Origin: Candidatus Babeliales bacterium
GTDB lineage: Bacteria > Babelota > Babeliae > Babelales > JANWKD01
NCBI GenBank assembly: GCA_963701665.1
Contig: OY969622.1
Coordinates: 288,001-352,000 of the forward strand
Direction of reading: 5' to 3'
DNA length: 64,000 nt
Shown here: one piece after another, positions 19,813 through 30,144 of the stretch
Layout: every line of letters starts with the position of its first letter
Position numbering within the stretch: position 1 is the stretch's first letter
The notes under the pieces: model-generated
Told to the model about the DNA's origin: nothing
The model's input: only the letters and a program-made list of their open reading frames with translations
The model's database searches: none
Translations under genes and position numbers: made by a program

Positions 19813-20340
19813 TTATGTTTTTTGGTTTTCTTGCTTTTCAAGAAATTTCTTCAATTTTTCTACCTCAGATACCGGTTCAGTCGAGAACCCAAACTCTTTT
19901 TGTTTTTTAAGTAGCGGATCAATTTTATACTTTACAATATCTTGAGCATATCCTAATGAATCTTTCTTTTTCTCTGCGTCATTTTCTCTGCCAGCATGAT
20001 CATAATAGTGCAGGCCTATTTCAGCAAATCGTTTTTGTATTTCTAATAATTCTTGATACAGTTCTTCTTGCTGTTTTTTCTCGGTTGGCATCTCAGTTTT
20101 TTGTATTCTTGTAAGTTCTAAATTTGCACGTAAATATCGTTGTGTATACGATCTTCGATCAGTTAATGTGTAATCACCTGCAGTTTGAAAAGTAACTTTC
20201 TTTTTTCGACGTGCTGGAAGAAATGTTTTAGTTTCGCTTGCACCAGACTGTTCTTCCATTGCCCATAACGAACTACAAAGTAACATGGATGCAGAGGTAA
20301 AAAATAAAGTATATAAAAAAGAAATGTTTTTAATATTCAT
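19813..20340 (-). CDS. Secreted hypothetical protein with RVxF-type motif
   Basis: Signal peptide ending LWA-MEE; RRKKKVTF at residues 44-51. Confidence 0.75.
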   Translation of the reverse strand: MNIKNISFLYTLFFTSASMLLCSSLWAMEEQSGASETKTFLPARRKKKVTFQTAGDYTLTDRRSYTQRYLRANLELTRIQKTEMPTEKKQQEELYQELLEIQKRFAEIGLHYYDHAGRENDAEKKKDSLGYAQDIVKYKIDPLLKKQKEFGFSTEPVSEVEKLKKFLEKQENQKT

Positions 20341-20533
20341 ATAAATCCTTTATCTATTAATAATATTACTATTAGTATAAAACATATTAATTTTATGTCA
20401 ATGGCAGGGTTTATGATTTTTAAAGCTTTTTCATTACTATCTCCTGCTATACCTGCAATCTCTTGACCCTTGTTTGATCCTTGTGGGTAAAATTAGGGGG
20501 AAAATCTAAGTTTTATAGAGAAGGGAAGAAAAA

Positions 20534-20872
20534 ATGGTGCAAGCAATTATTAGTAAAGGCAGTGGCATATTAATCGAACTTCTCAATAGCATTGGTATTA
20601 TAATCATCGCCATTGGTGCCTTTTGGGCATGCGTGTGTTACTTTCTAGTGCTTTTAAGACAAGTTTCTTTATACAACAACGATCGCATTCGCCTTGAACT
20701 AGGAAAAAATATCATTTTGGCCGTTGAATTTATGTTGGCAGCTGACATTGTTAAAACAATTTTGGCTCCAAATTTTTATGATATCGGTATGTTGGGAGCC
20801 CTAGTGCTAATTCGTACCGTGTTGACCTATTTTTTGAATATAGAATTGGTTCAGCTTCAGGAAAGAAAATAA
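20534..20872 (+). CDS. DUF1622 family membrane protein
   Basis: RLELG..I.LAVEFMLAADIVKT...LGALVLIRTVLTYFL signature. Confidence 0.85.
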   Translation: MVQAIISKGSGILIELLNSIGIIIIAIGAFWACVCYFLVLLRQVSLYNNDRIRLELGKNIILAVEFMLAADIVKTILAPNFYDIGMLGALVLIRTVLTYFLNIELVQLQERK

Positions 20873-20880
20873 AAAATTAG

Positions 20881-22842
20881 CTATTTTTGCTTTTTCAATG
20901 CAAACCACTCTTCTCTGAGTGCAATTGCCGTTTCAAAATCGAATGCTTCAGCCGCTTTGAGCATTTGATCTTCAAGTTCTTGAATACGATCGTTCATCGA
21001 GGTTAATTCAGGTTGTTCTTTTTTAGTCGAGCGTTTCTTTGAAGCGAGTGCAATGGCTGCTTGGAAATTAGAAATTGTTTTAGTAACTTCACGCTTAACG
21101 CTCGTTGGATTGATGCCGTGTTCTTTGTTATGTGCTTCTTGCATCGTGCGTCGGCGATGTGTTTCATCCATTGCGGCTTTGAGTGATTGCGTGATTTTAT
21201 CACAATATAAAATAACGCGTGAGTGTGCGTTACGCGCCGCGCGTCCAATAATCTGAATGAGCGAGCGTTTGTCACGTAAAAAGCTTTCAACATCAGCGTC
21301 CATAATAGCAACGAGTGCAACCTCAGGAAGGTCGATACCCTCGCGCAACAAGTTAACCCCAACGAGGCAATCAAAAACACCCGCTCGGAGTTTGTGCAAT
21401 AATTCGCTGCGTTGCGGCGTCTTTATTTCACTGTGCAGATAACAAACTTTTATTTTTTTCTCTTCTAAATAATGAGCGAGCTCTTCGGCTAATTTTTTGG
21501 TAAGCACCATCACCAGCGAACGATACCCTTTTTCTTTTGTCTCACGTATTTGTTCTATAAGATGCTGCATTTGATTATCACGCGGATGTGTTTCAAGAAC
21601 AGGATCAAGTAATCCTGTAGGCCGAATTATTTGTTCAACAATGCGCCCCGATTTTTCAAGTTCATAATCGCCAGGCGTTGCCGAAACGAAAATCGTATTT
21701 TTGAAATATTCTTCAATTTCGTGAAATTGTAAGGGACGATTATCATAGGCCGAAGGTAAGCGGAAGCCAAAATCAATTAATGCTTTTTTTCGTGCACGAT
21801 CACCCGCATACATGCCACGCAATTGAGGAATTGCGATGTGTGATTCATCAATAATGAGTAAAAAATCTTTTTCAAAGAACTCAAATAAACTTGGCGGTCT
21901 TTGTCCGGGTAAGCGGCCATCAAAGTGACGTGAATAATTTTCAATACCCGAGCAATAGCCAACTTCTTGTAACATTTCTAGATCGTGGTTTACGCGTTGC
22001 TTAATGCGTTCTTGATAAATCGGGTTTGGTAATTGTGGCGCCCATGCTTCAAGCTCATTGGCAATGCTTGTCATGGCGATATCTTTTTTTTCTTGCGTGG
22101 TAACGAAATGTTTTGCAGGAAAAATGAGGGTGTTATCAAGATCCATGAGGACGTTATTATTCAACTTATCAAGCCATTGCAAACGCTCGATGGTATCGCC
22201 AAATAGTTCAATACGTAATTTTTCTTTTTGATAGGGTAAGTTGATTTCGATCGTATTACCAAGCACGGCAAAGGTGCCCGAGGCTTTTTCAACATCGTTC
22301 CGTTTATATTGAATAAAAATTAAATGATTAATAAGATCCACGCGTTTGATTTTCTGACCTACTTTCAGTGGGAAGGCCAAATTACGATAATCATTAGGGT
22401 TTCCGAGTGAGTAGATACATGAAACCGAGGCGATAACTATAGTATCATGGCGATTAACAAGCGATGCAGTGGATTCAACACGCAAACGCTCAATTTCGCT
22501 ATTTACCTTGGTCTCTTTAGGGATATAAATATCTTGCGCGGGCATATACGATTCAGGCTGATAATAATCATAATAGCTGACAAAATAACAGACCTTATTT
22601 TCTGGAAAAAACAGCGAAAACTCTTCGTATAATTGTGCCGCGAGCGTTTTATTGGGCGCCAAAATAAGCACCGGTTTATCCTGGTTAGCAATAACATTGG
22701 CCATGGTAAAGGTCTTACCTGAACCAGTCACGCCGATGAGCGTAGAAATGGCAGGTCGACCCTCGGTCAACTTTTTTATGGCATCCGGTTGGCTGCCTGC
22801 GGGAATGAAGGGTGAATGTAGCTTGAATAGCTTCTTTTTCAT
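20881..22842 (-). CDS. uvrB: Excinuclease ABC subunit B
   Basis: GVTGSGKTFT, FVSYYDYYQPE, IIDESH, GFRLPSAYDNRPL, NLLREGIDLPEV, C-terminal UVR domain. Confidence 0.98.
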   Translation of the reverse strand: MKKKLFKLHSPFIPAGSQPDAIKKLTEGRPAISTLIGVTGSGKTFTMANVIANQDKPVLILAPNKTLAAQLYEEFSLFFPENKVCYFVSYYDYYQPESYMPAQDIYIPKETKVNSEIERLRVESTASLVNRHDTIVIASVSCIYSLGNPNDYRNLAFPLKVGQKIKRVDLINHLIFIQYKRNDVEKASGTFAVLGNTIEINLPYQKEKLRIELFGDTIERLQWLDKLNNNVLMDLDNTLIFPAKHFVTTQEKKDIAMTSIANELEAWAPQLPNPIYQERIKQRVNHDLEMLQEVGYCSGIENYSRHFDGRLPGQRPPSLFEFFEKDFLLIIDESHIAIPQLRGMYAGDRARKKALIDFGFRLPSAYDNRPLQFHEIEEYFKNTIFVSATPGDYELEKSGRIVEQIIRPTGLLDPVLETHPRDNQMQHLIEQIRETKEKGYRSLVMVLTKKLAEELAHYLEEKKIKVCYLHSEIKTPQRSELLHKLRAGVFDCLVGVNLLREGIDLPEVALVAIMDADVESFLRDKRSLIQIIGRAARNAHSRVILYCDKITQSLKAAMDETHRRRTMQEAHNKEHGINPTSVKREVTKTISNFQAAIALASKKRSTKKEQPELTSMNDRIQELEDQMLKAAEAFDFETAIALREEWFALKKQK

Positions 22843-22963
22843 ACATATAGGATATCATTTTTTTTTCATTTTGAAAATATTCAAACTGATAATAGTATTG
22901 ATTTATAAAAATATAAAATCCTATCCTTGAGGTGTCTGTTTTTTTAATAAAGGAGGAGTGTAC

Positions 22964-23683
22964 ATGAAAAAAGGTATACTTTTAATACTTATTCTGCTTT
23001 TTGGGGCTTGCCCACTGCTTGATGCTCGAGGCGGCGGAGGTGGCCACGGTGGTGGAGGTCATGGTGGTGGCGGAGGTCATCGCGGCGGCGGTGGTCGTGG
23101 CAGAGCTATGCATCGTGGTGGAGGCGCGCGTCGTGGCGGGGGAGCTGGCCGTGGGGCAGCTGCTCGCCGTGGAAGAGCGGGTTCTAGATCGGCTAGCCGT
23201 TCAGCTAGTCGTTCAACAAGACGCAGTTCAGCAGCGAGTCGTCGTGGAGGACGTGGTGGTAGAGGAGGAGCTCATCGCAACAGTAGGCATAATAATGGCC
23301 GTGGCCGTGGCGCCTTTGCTGGCGGCGGTTGGGGCGGATGGGGCTGGGGTTGGGGCTTCTGGGGCCTCTGGGCCGGCATAGGCATCCTATCAGCTTTAGC
23401 AATTGCTGATTATTATGGTGGTTACTACCCTTACTATGGTTATGGCACCGGATTTGATGAAGAGTTAGTTCCGTTAGAAGAATCAGGTGATTGGCAAACA
23501 ATTTCCGATAAATTAATGGATCGCCTTGATGATCTTGAAGATCAATTAGAAACTGGACAGGCTAATAATTCATTAAATGCACAACAAATCCAAGCTTTAC
23601 AACAACAAATTCAAAGAATTCAAATTCACTTGGATGGTATTCCTCAGGCTGGCGGAGGTGCTCAAGCTGCTCCGGCTGCATAA
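22964..23683 (+). CDS. Gly/Arg-rich secreted protein with Trp/Gly-rich TM segment and Gln-rich coiled-coil tail
   Basis: AAGGAGG RBS; signal peptide; RGG repeats; GWGGWGWGWG. Confidence 0.8.
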   Translation: MKKGILLILILLFGACPLLDARGGGGGHGGGGHGGGGGHRGGGGRGRAMHRGGGARRGGGAGRGAAARRGRAGSRSASRSASRSTRRSSAASRRGGRGGRGGAHRNSRHNNGRGRGAFAGGGWGGWGWGWGFWGLWAGIGILSALAIADYYGGYYPYYGYGTGFDEELVPLEESGDWQTISDKLMDRLDDLEDQLETGQANNSLNAQQIQALQQQIQRIQIHLDGIPQAGGGAQAAPAA

Positions 23684-23696
23684 CATTGTAAACAAA

Positions 23697-23722
23697 CGAG
23701 GGCGAAATTTCTTTCGCCCTCG
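23697..23722. terminator. Terminator hairpin between convergent genes
   Basis: cgagggcgaaa-tttc-tttcgccctcg. Confidence 0.75.
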
Positions 23723-23755
23723 GCTTTATTATGACATTATCACAATCATAATTTT

Positions 23756-25624
23756 TTATTCTTTAGATTTCTTTTCAAATTTTTTTATTAACTCTTTACG
23801 TCCCTGATCTATTTGACTGTAGCGAGCATGTATAAATTCTTGATAAGCCTTGAATACTGCCCATGTGTTAAACTCTCCAATAGGTTTATCATATAATTTT
23901 TTAAACATTTCTTTACCCAAAATAGTTGCTTGATCTGATCGATCGGCTGTTTTTTCGTAACCCGGTGAAAAAATAGGATTGCGCATGGTAATGATTAAAT
24001 CATGATCACCTGTTGCAACACTAAGATCATGAGCATGAGGGTAAAGGCTAGAAACCATAGGAATTAAATGCGGTAGTGCTCTGGCCGCATGCCATTTAAT
24101 ATCGACGTGAGTACATAAATTTCCTTCGTGTTCGAAATGACAATTCACCACTCTTTTGTTGTTATTTATTCGTAAAGGTAAGCGCCTTTCAGCAATGCCT
24201 ATGGGGTTGAATATCCAACGCGTCATTAATGCCCAGGGATTGAGTAGCCAACTTGTCATTTGCATTGATCCAGCGGCTTGCGTGACATCCCCCCTTGAAA
24301 AGCATTGGATAATTAATTTGCTATTAAAACACTCTTCATCTGGTGTTGGCTCTAATACTCTTGCTTTTTTATCAACCGCATCGAAATTTGTTGCTTCACC
24401 TAAAGGAGTTCCAGCCATGACAGCCCAATCTAATGTTTTATTATGAGGTCTAAGTAGTTCGGCAAATTGCAACAGAACATCACCGCCGAAACTGTGGCTG
24501 AAAGCAGTTATTTGTTTTGCGTTCATGCAATCATCATCGGTGACGAAATAATGCTTCAAGATTGAAGCAGCTTCTTTTCGACTTGGTGCATTTAATTCTC
24601 CTGACCAGTTAAAGGATATTACCTTAACGGCACAATTATTTTCATGTGCAAGAATTTTTGCATCATTAATTAAGTCTTTCGTTAATTGTGTATCATTATT
24701 TTTTCCAAATTCAGTGTAATCAACAAAAGTGCCATGAAAGAGAAAAAATACAATAACACCATTTTCCTTTTTTTCTGCATTAATTACCTTTGATTTCCAC
24801 GCATATTCTTGAAATTTAGGTGCTAACTTATCATCCATGATTATCCAGTTATCATCGATGTCAGAAAGATCAATTGATTGAGTATGCCGCATGACTTCTC
24901 TTTGCAGGTCACTAAAATAATGTGGTAACGTTGCGCCAACTGATACTCCTGCCAAAATGCTTTGTAATTCTTCATGATGAATATGTGATGAGAGAAATTT
25001 TCCAAAGGGGGCAGTTTGTAGCTCTTCGAGTTTTTCTTTTGACCATAACGGCATATCGAACGATTTTGGGATATCTACAAAACCATCGTTTTCATTTTCA
25101 ATGACCATTTCATCTTCAGCAACTTTTTCTTTTCCTTTATCGAGGAAGAGTTCATTGTGCACGGGTAAAGATTGCTCCGGCACTTGATGAACGTTAGGCT
25201 TCGGCTCAATACTTTCAGGATGATAAACAATTTTTGAGAAATCGGTGGATTTTAAGCTTTGCCGATATTTTTCAGCTAGATTTTTTAATTTTGGCTCGAA
25301 TGCATGTACAGCCTCTTCTAAGACAGTTTTTTCCGAGATGTATTCAATGTTCGATGTGGGCAGTTTCGGACCGGTCAGCGGTGTTTTACTAATGAATTGC
25401 TCATAGAAATCCGGTTTATTTTTTTGTATAGATGTTATTACCGCTCTAGTTCGCACCGTTATTTCATCAAAATCTTGCTTGTTTAATGAAGATGCTGCGA
25501 CTGCTAATGAATTTCTTGGGCTTTTTGATGTTATCGTTGCCGATACGGTTGGTATCGTGCTCAATAGAGAAATAACAAATACTATGAAATATTTTTTCAG
25601 GATATGGTCGGATAAACTTATCAT
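23756..25624 (-). CDS. Secreted protein with C-terminal alpha/beta-hydrolase (lipase-like) domain
   Basis: FLFHGTF, FNWSG, FSHSFGG nucleophile elbow, AGTP, GDVTQ; start uncertain (25624 or 25699). Confidence 0.7.
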   Translation of the reverse strand: MISLSDHILKKYFIVFVISLLSTIPTVSATITSKSPRNSLAVAASSLNKQDFDEITVRTRAVITSIQKNKPDFYEQFISKTPLTGPKLPTSNIEYISEKTVLEEAVHAFEPKLKNLAEKYRQSLKSTDFSKIVYHPESIEPKPNVHQVPEQSLPVHNELFLDKGKEKVAEDEMVIENENDGFVDIPKSFDMPLWSKEKLEELQTAPFGKFLSSHIHHEELQSILAGVSVGATLPHYFSDLQREVMRHTQSIDLSDIDDNWIIMDDKLAPKFQEYAWKSKVINAEKKENGVIVFFLFHGTFVDYTEFGKNNDTQLTKDLINDAKILAHENNCAVKVISFNWSGELNAPSRKEAASILKHYFVTDDDCMNAKQITAFSHSFGGDVLLQFAELLRPHNKTLDWAVMAGTPLGEATNFDAVDKKARVLEPTPDEECFNSKLIIQCFSRGDVTQAAGSMQMTSWLLNPWALMTRWIFNPIGIAERRLPLRINNNKRVVNCHFEHEGNLCTHVDIKWHAARALPHLIPMVSSLYPHAHDLSVATGDHDLIITMRNPIFSPGYEKTADRSDQATILGKEMFKKLYDKPIGEFNTWAVFKAYQEFIHARYSQIDQGRKELIKKFEKKSKE

Positions 25625-25717
25625 TTTTATTCTCGCATACCAATGTGAAATTAGGAATAATTTGCTTATAATACTAGCATTTTTATGTGTTAAATACAAA
25701 TAGTTAAGCTAAAATCC

Positions 25718-26878
25718 TTATGGTTTATTTTTTTGATCGAGTATGCCTTGATAAAATGTTAGGAGCTGCTCCAGGATCTTCTTTGTGGTATAGGTTTGCG
25801 ATGTCTGAAAAGCATGATGTTGCAGGAGAGAAATCGCATGCCTGTTATTGGTGAGATATTCTAGTTGCTTTACCATTTCCTGAGACGAATAAATCAAAAA
25901 CCCATTTTTTCCTTGTTCAATGATATCCCTTTGCCCTGGCCCATGAAGGGCAATAACAGGTGTTCCTTGCGACATTGCTTCTGCGAGCACTAACCCTTGC
26001 GTTTCACTTTGTGACGCAAAAATAAAAAGATCGGCATCAGCGTACGCTTTCTTTAATGTTTCAGGCGAGGGTTTTTCTATAAATGCGAGCGTTTCACGCG
26101 GGATTTTTTTCTGAACGTACGCATACTCTTGCAAATACGCGCGTTCTGGTCCATACCCGATTAATTGTACAGAATACTTTTTGGGATCTAATTGTGCGAT
26201 GACATCAAGTAAAAAAGGAATATTTTTTTCTTTTACAAAACGGCTTACGCTTAGCAGATGCACTTTGTCTTTGGTTGGTTTTGGCAATGTAAGTGGCGCT
26301 GAAAAATAATGATCGCCAAGCCCAGTTGGGATTTGTGCCTTAGGTTTTATAATTTCAAATTCTTTTAACCGATCTTCAATGATGCTGCTTGGCGCTATGA
26401 TGCCATCAACGCTCGTGCAAAAATTTTTAACAACTCTTTGCACCCACGGTTTTGAAAGCCAAGAAGGTATCCACGGAATATAATGAAGATATTGTTCATA
26501 GAGCGAGTGATAGGTAAATACAACGGGGATGCCATGCTGGTGTGCCGCAGCGCGTGCAGCAGGGCCTAATAAAAAAGGATGATGCACGTGCACAAGCGAG
26601 GGATTTTTTTCCTTAATGATGGTGGCTAGTTGTGCACGCGCGCGCCAAGGAAATGCCATTTGATTCGAGTGCATTGTCCAGCGTATGGGGCAATACAAAC
26701 GCACGACATCAAATTCTTCAGTCGCGGGTTTATTCAAAAAATCGAGGGTGACAATGGTTACCGTGTGCCCGTACGCTTGCAACGCTTTGGCAAAAAAGCG
26801 CAAAGAGCTTACAACGCCGCCTGAATACGGGGTGAAATTATTCGTGACAAAAAGTAATGATAAACGTTGTTGTTGCAT
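25718..26878 (-). CDS. GT4 glycosyltransferase (1,2-diacylglycerol glucosyltransferase-like)
   Basis: GGVVSS, HVHHPFLLG, FTYHSLYEQY, RFVKEKN, FASQSETQGLVLAEAM. Confidence 0.9.
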   Translation of the reverse strand: MQQQRLSLLFVTNNFTPYSGGVVSSLRFFAKALQAYGHTVTIVTLDFLNKPATEEFDVVRLYCPIRWTMHSNQMAFPWRARAQLATIIKEKNPSLVHVHHPFLLGPAARAAAHQHGIPVVFTYHSLYEQYLHYIPWIPSWLSKPWVQRVVKNFCTSVDGIIAPSSIIEDRLKEFEIIKPKAQIPTGLGDHYFSAPLTLPKPTKDKVHLLSVSRFVKEKNIPFLLDVIAQLDPKKYSVQLIGYGPERAYLQEYAYVQKKIPRETLAFIEKPSPETLKKAYADADLFIFASQSETQGLVLAEAMSQGTPVIALHGPGQRDIIEQGKNGFLIYSSQEMVKQLEYLTNNRHAISLLQHHAFQTSQTYTTKKILEQLLTFYQGILDQKNKP

Positions 26879-26887
26879 CGAGGTTAA

Positions 26888-27541
26888 TTAAGGAAATTTA
26901 GGGGTTCCGAGTTTATTCCAGTCAGCGTTAAATTTTTCCATGCCTTCTTTAGTCAAAATATGTTGTGATGATTTTGCAAGAACTGCTGTTGGTACTGTTG
27001 CAACATCAGCACCTGCAAGAATCGCTTCATGCAGATGGCGTATTGAGCGAATGGACGCAGCGAGTATTTGTGTGGAGAAGGAATACTGATCAACCATGGA
27101 ACGTAATTCAAAAAGTATATCGACTCCTTCAACATCAATGTCATCCCAACGACCGATAAAAGGTGAAATATATTTTACTCCTAATTTACACATAAATAAT
27201 GATTGGACAAGAGTAAACACAAGTGTGACATTGATTTTTATGCCTTCACGCACGAGTTGTGCAATGATGGGATAATAGGGTTGATAGCACGGAATTTTCA
27301 CCACAATATTTGGTGCGAGCTTGGCAATGGCGCGTGCTTGATCCGCGACTGCTTTTGGTTCTGTGAGTGTTACTTCAACACTAATATCTTTGTCGGGCAA
27401 TAAAGAACAAATTTCAAGAACCTGTTTTTTGGGATCTTTATTTTCGTGCGCCAAATGAGAAGGGTTTGTGGTTACCCCATCAATGAGATATGCCCAAGCG
27501 CGAATATCTTCAAGATTTGCGGTATCTAAAAACAATTTCAT
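26888..27541 (-). CDS. Transaldolase / fructose-6-phosphate aldolase family
   Basis: LFLDTAN, DGVTTNPS, VVKIP, NVTLVF, YISPFIGR, LAASIRS. Confidence 0.93.
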   Translation of the reverse strand: MKLFLDTANLEDIRAWAYLIDGVTTNPSHLAHENKDPKKQVLEICSLLPDKDISVEVTLTEPKAVADQARAIAKLAPNIVVKIPCYQPYYPIIAQLVREGIKINVTLVFTLVQSLFMCKLGVKYISPFIGRWDDIDVEGVDILFELRSMVDQYSFSTQILAASIRSIRHLHEAILAGADVATVPTAVLAKSSQHILTKEGMEKFNADWNKLGTPKFP

Positions 27542-27623
27542 AATGATTAACTCCTTTTAAAATAAAATTATTTACTTTTCTTCACGATATTTGCAAAATG
27601 AAGTCAAAAACAAGAAGTAATTA

Positions 27624-28691
27624 ATGATACCAAAAATAATCAATCAACCTAAAACATCTTCATGGCAATCTTACTGTGCCGATGATACCTTGTGTCGCCA
27701 ACCTTCACAAGTGTTATCTTCATTGTATGGCACTTTCGTTATAACAGAATCGGTTTTACTCGACTTATTTTCTTGCCCGAGCGTGCTTCGTTTGCAACAT
27801 ATTAATCAGTATGGCGCAGATTTCTTTGTTGGCAGTAAAAAACGTTTTTCTCGATACGATCATTCAATGGGCGTTTTATGTTTGCTGAGAATGGTAAATG
27901 CCCCATTGCTTGAGCAAATTGCCGGTTTACTGCACGATGTTTCACATACGGTTTTTTCCCATACGGGCGATGTTGTGTTTGATCACGTTTCCTCGATAGG
28001 TTCATATCAAGATGATATTCATGAATGGTTTTTGCAACAAACGGAAATTCCGGAGATTCTAGCCAAATACAATATAGATACGCAGGATATTTTACACAAA
28101 AACCCCGCTTTTAAAGCACTCGAACAAGATTTGCCTGAACTGTGTGCCGATCGTTTAGATTACAACATGTTTGGCGCGGTTCTTGATTTTTTATTAATGC
28201 CACAAGAAATTACGCACATAATTAGTCATCTCAATTTTGCCGATGGGCGGTGGTTTTTTACCGATCATCATAGTGCAAAAAAAATTGCTTACATACCTTT
28301 ACATCTAACAGAATTTCATTTTTCTTCAGCGCGCGACTCGCTCTTGAATCGTTACATGGGCGAAATGTTAAAATACGCACTCGCTCTTGGATTGCTCTCG
28401 CATGAGGATATTCATTTTTCCTCTGATGCCATTGTGTGGAATATTTTGAAATGTTCGCATGATATCACTATTAGGAGATTTATCGATCGCTTGGAGCATC
28501 TGCCTCCCGTGACTCTCGGCGATGAAACGCATCATGATATTTGGATGCCTGCAAAAAGTCGCGGCATTGATCCATGGATTTTAATCAATGATGAGTTGGT
28601 GCGTCTTTCAGCGATCGATGAAGAGTTCAATAAGGAATATAGCCGCGTGAAAAAAATTATGGAACGTGGGTGGTATATTAAGTTTTTTTAA
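27624..28691 (+). CDS. HD-domain phosphohydrolase
   Basis: RLQHINQYG, SRYDHSMGV, LLHDVSHTVFSH, LCADRLDY. Confidence 0.88.
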   Translation: MIPKIINQPKTSSWQSYCADDTLCRQPSQVLSSLYGTFVITESVLLDLFSCPSVLRLQHINQYGADFFVGSKKRFSRYDHSMGVLCLLRMVNAPLLEQIAGLLHDVSHTVFSHTGDVVFDHVSSIGSYQDDIHEWFLQQTEIPEILAKYNIDTQDILHKNPAFKALEQDLPELCADRLDYNMFGAVLDFLLMPQEITHIISHLNFADGRWFFTDHHSAKKIAYIPLHLTEFHFSSARDSLLNRYMGEMLKYALALGLLSHEDIHFSSDAIVWNILKCSHDITIRRFIDRLEHLPPVTLGDETHHDIWMPAKSRGIDPWILINDELVRLSAIDEEFNKEYSRVKKIMERGWYIKFF

Positions 28692-28748
28692 GATCTATCG
28701 GAAAGTCCCAAAATTCTAATAAAGACACGAAAATAATAAACACCACAG

Positions 28749-28861
28749 TGTCATCCTGAGGAGCGAAGCGACGTAGGGATCTAGAATTTTAATAAGTTCC
28801 TTTAATGAATTAATTTTATAGACCTGGATTCCTACGACAACTCTGTTGTCTCAGAATGACA
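28749..28861. repeat. TGTC-tagged REP-like palindromic element, copy A (divergent)
   Basis: tgtcatcctgag...ctcagaatgaca terminal stem, inner cgtagggatctag/ctggattcctacg stem, AT-rich core related to copies B-E. Confidence 0.75.
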
Positions 28862-29023
28862 TCCTATTGCTTTCCTAGTACTTCTTGCTTAGAGAAAAAT
28901 TTTAATTTTCGGACAAGCTCTAAAATATTCATTTTAAAATTCTTTTTTTGCAAACCGGAAACATAGTATAGTAATAGTGATTTTTAAAATCTCGATGATC
29001 TTTGCAAAAAAAGGTGATAGACA

Positions 29024-29554
29024 ATGCAAAGAACGTATCAACTCTTTTTTATTTCTTTATCAATAATTCTTTTTTTTGTGCGCATATCATGTGCTATGGA
29101 CCCAGTGATAAAAGAAGGATTATTTTGGGAGTCAGTAAAGGGTCATGAAAAAATGCTTCTTGAAAGGCTTTATACTCGGGGAGAGGGTTTTGACTCAATA
29201 AAAGATACCGATGACAACCTCATTGCCTCTATTGATTGGCGGAATGATTCTTTCTATACCTTTTGTCCCGATCAAGAAACAGTGTTACTTAATTATAGAA
29301 TTAAAGCAGCAAAAAAACTTTTGCAATTGAAGGTACCGATACCGCGAACACAGGAGATGACTGAATCATGTGTGCCGTGTGTGGAAGAAACCATGCCGTT
29401 ATTTGCGTCACCAGCATTGCCACATGATAAAGCAGAAAGCGAATACGGACATGCAGTGGAAACTTTGCAGCGATCCTATCGCAAATATTTTGTTGGTGAA
29501 GATGAAAACACTACGAATGTGCGGTGCTCTTGTTGGGGATGTTGTCTCTATTAA
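29024..29554 (+). CDS. Secreted hypothetical protein with Cys-rich C-terminus
   Basis: Signal peptide ending SCA-MDP; ends RCSCWGCCLY. Confidence 0.75.
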   Translation: MQRTYQLFFISLSIILFFVRISCAMDPVIKEGLFWESVKGHEKMLLERLYTRGEGFDSIKDTDDNLIASIDWRNDSFYTFCPDQETVLLNYRIKAAKKLLQLKVPIPRTQEMTESCVPCVEETMPLFASPALPHDKAESEYGHAVETLQRSYRKYFVGEDENTTNVRCSCWGCCLY

Positions 29555-29571
29555 GGTTGTGGACATTAGCT

Positions 29572-30108
29572 ATGATTAAAAATTTTTTATTATGCACGGT
29601 TCTTCTTTCGTGGTGCTTATTTGATGTGTGTATGGAAGAGCAACCGGAACGAGCACTCAGTAATAGTGATATTGATGAAGTCAAATTTTATGCCCATTGG
29701 CGAGGTTATGAAGAAGAAGCGCGTGCGGCTATTCGGTTAAAAAAAACTCATAAAAAAAAAATAAAGATAAAAGATCCAACACGAGGAAAATTGGGTGTTT
29801 TTAACCCCAAAGATGGAGATGGAACGGGCTTAGTCACAAGTTTTTTTGTTGATGGCCAATTAAAGATGTCTTATTCAGCCTTTATTTTGCGTCTAAGAAA
29901 TAATGATAATTTTGAACAAAAACCGCTCGAGTATTATCAACAATTACCATCACGCAATGGTGTTAAGATTGATAACCCCAAGGAGCAGCAATTTATGACA
30001 ATCTATCACAACCTCGCTGACGGAGTAGGATCAAAACCTGAAACGCTAGGTGAAGAAAAATATCTTATTCAAAAAAAGAAAAAATGTTGGTGTTGTAGTC
30101 TTAATTAA
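29572..30108 (+). CDS. Secreted hypothetical protein with polybasic/Cys C-terminus
   Basis: Signal peptide ending DVC-MEE; ends QKKKKCWCCSLN. Confidence 0.75.
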   Translation: MIKNFLLCTVLLSWCLFDVCMEEQPERALSNSDIDEVKFYAHWRGYEEEARAAIRLKKTHKKKIKIKDPTRGKLGVFNPKDGDGTGLVTSFFVDGQLKMSYSAFILRLRNNDNFEQKPLEYYQQLPSRNGVKIDNPKEQQFMTIYHNLADGVGSKPETLGEEKYLIQKKKKCWCCSLN

Positions 30109-30144
30109 GTTTTTAAACCTGCAAAAAAGCGAGGGAAAAAGCTC

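Noticed and set aside
23001..23501. Alternative-frame ORFs 23001..23381 and 23205..23501
   Set aside because: Shadows of the GC-rich Gly/Arg-coding gene, which has the RBS and signal peptide.
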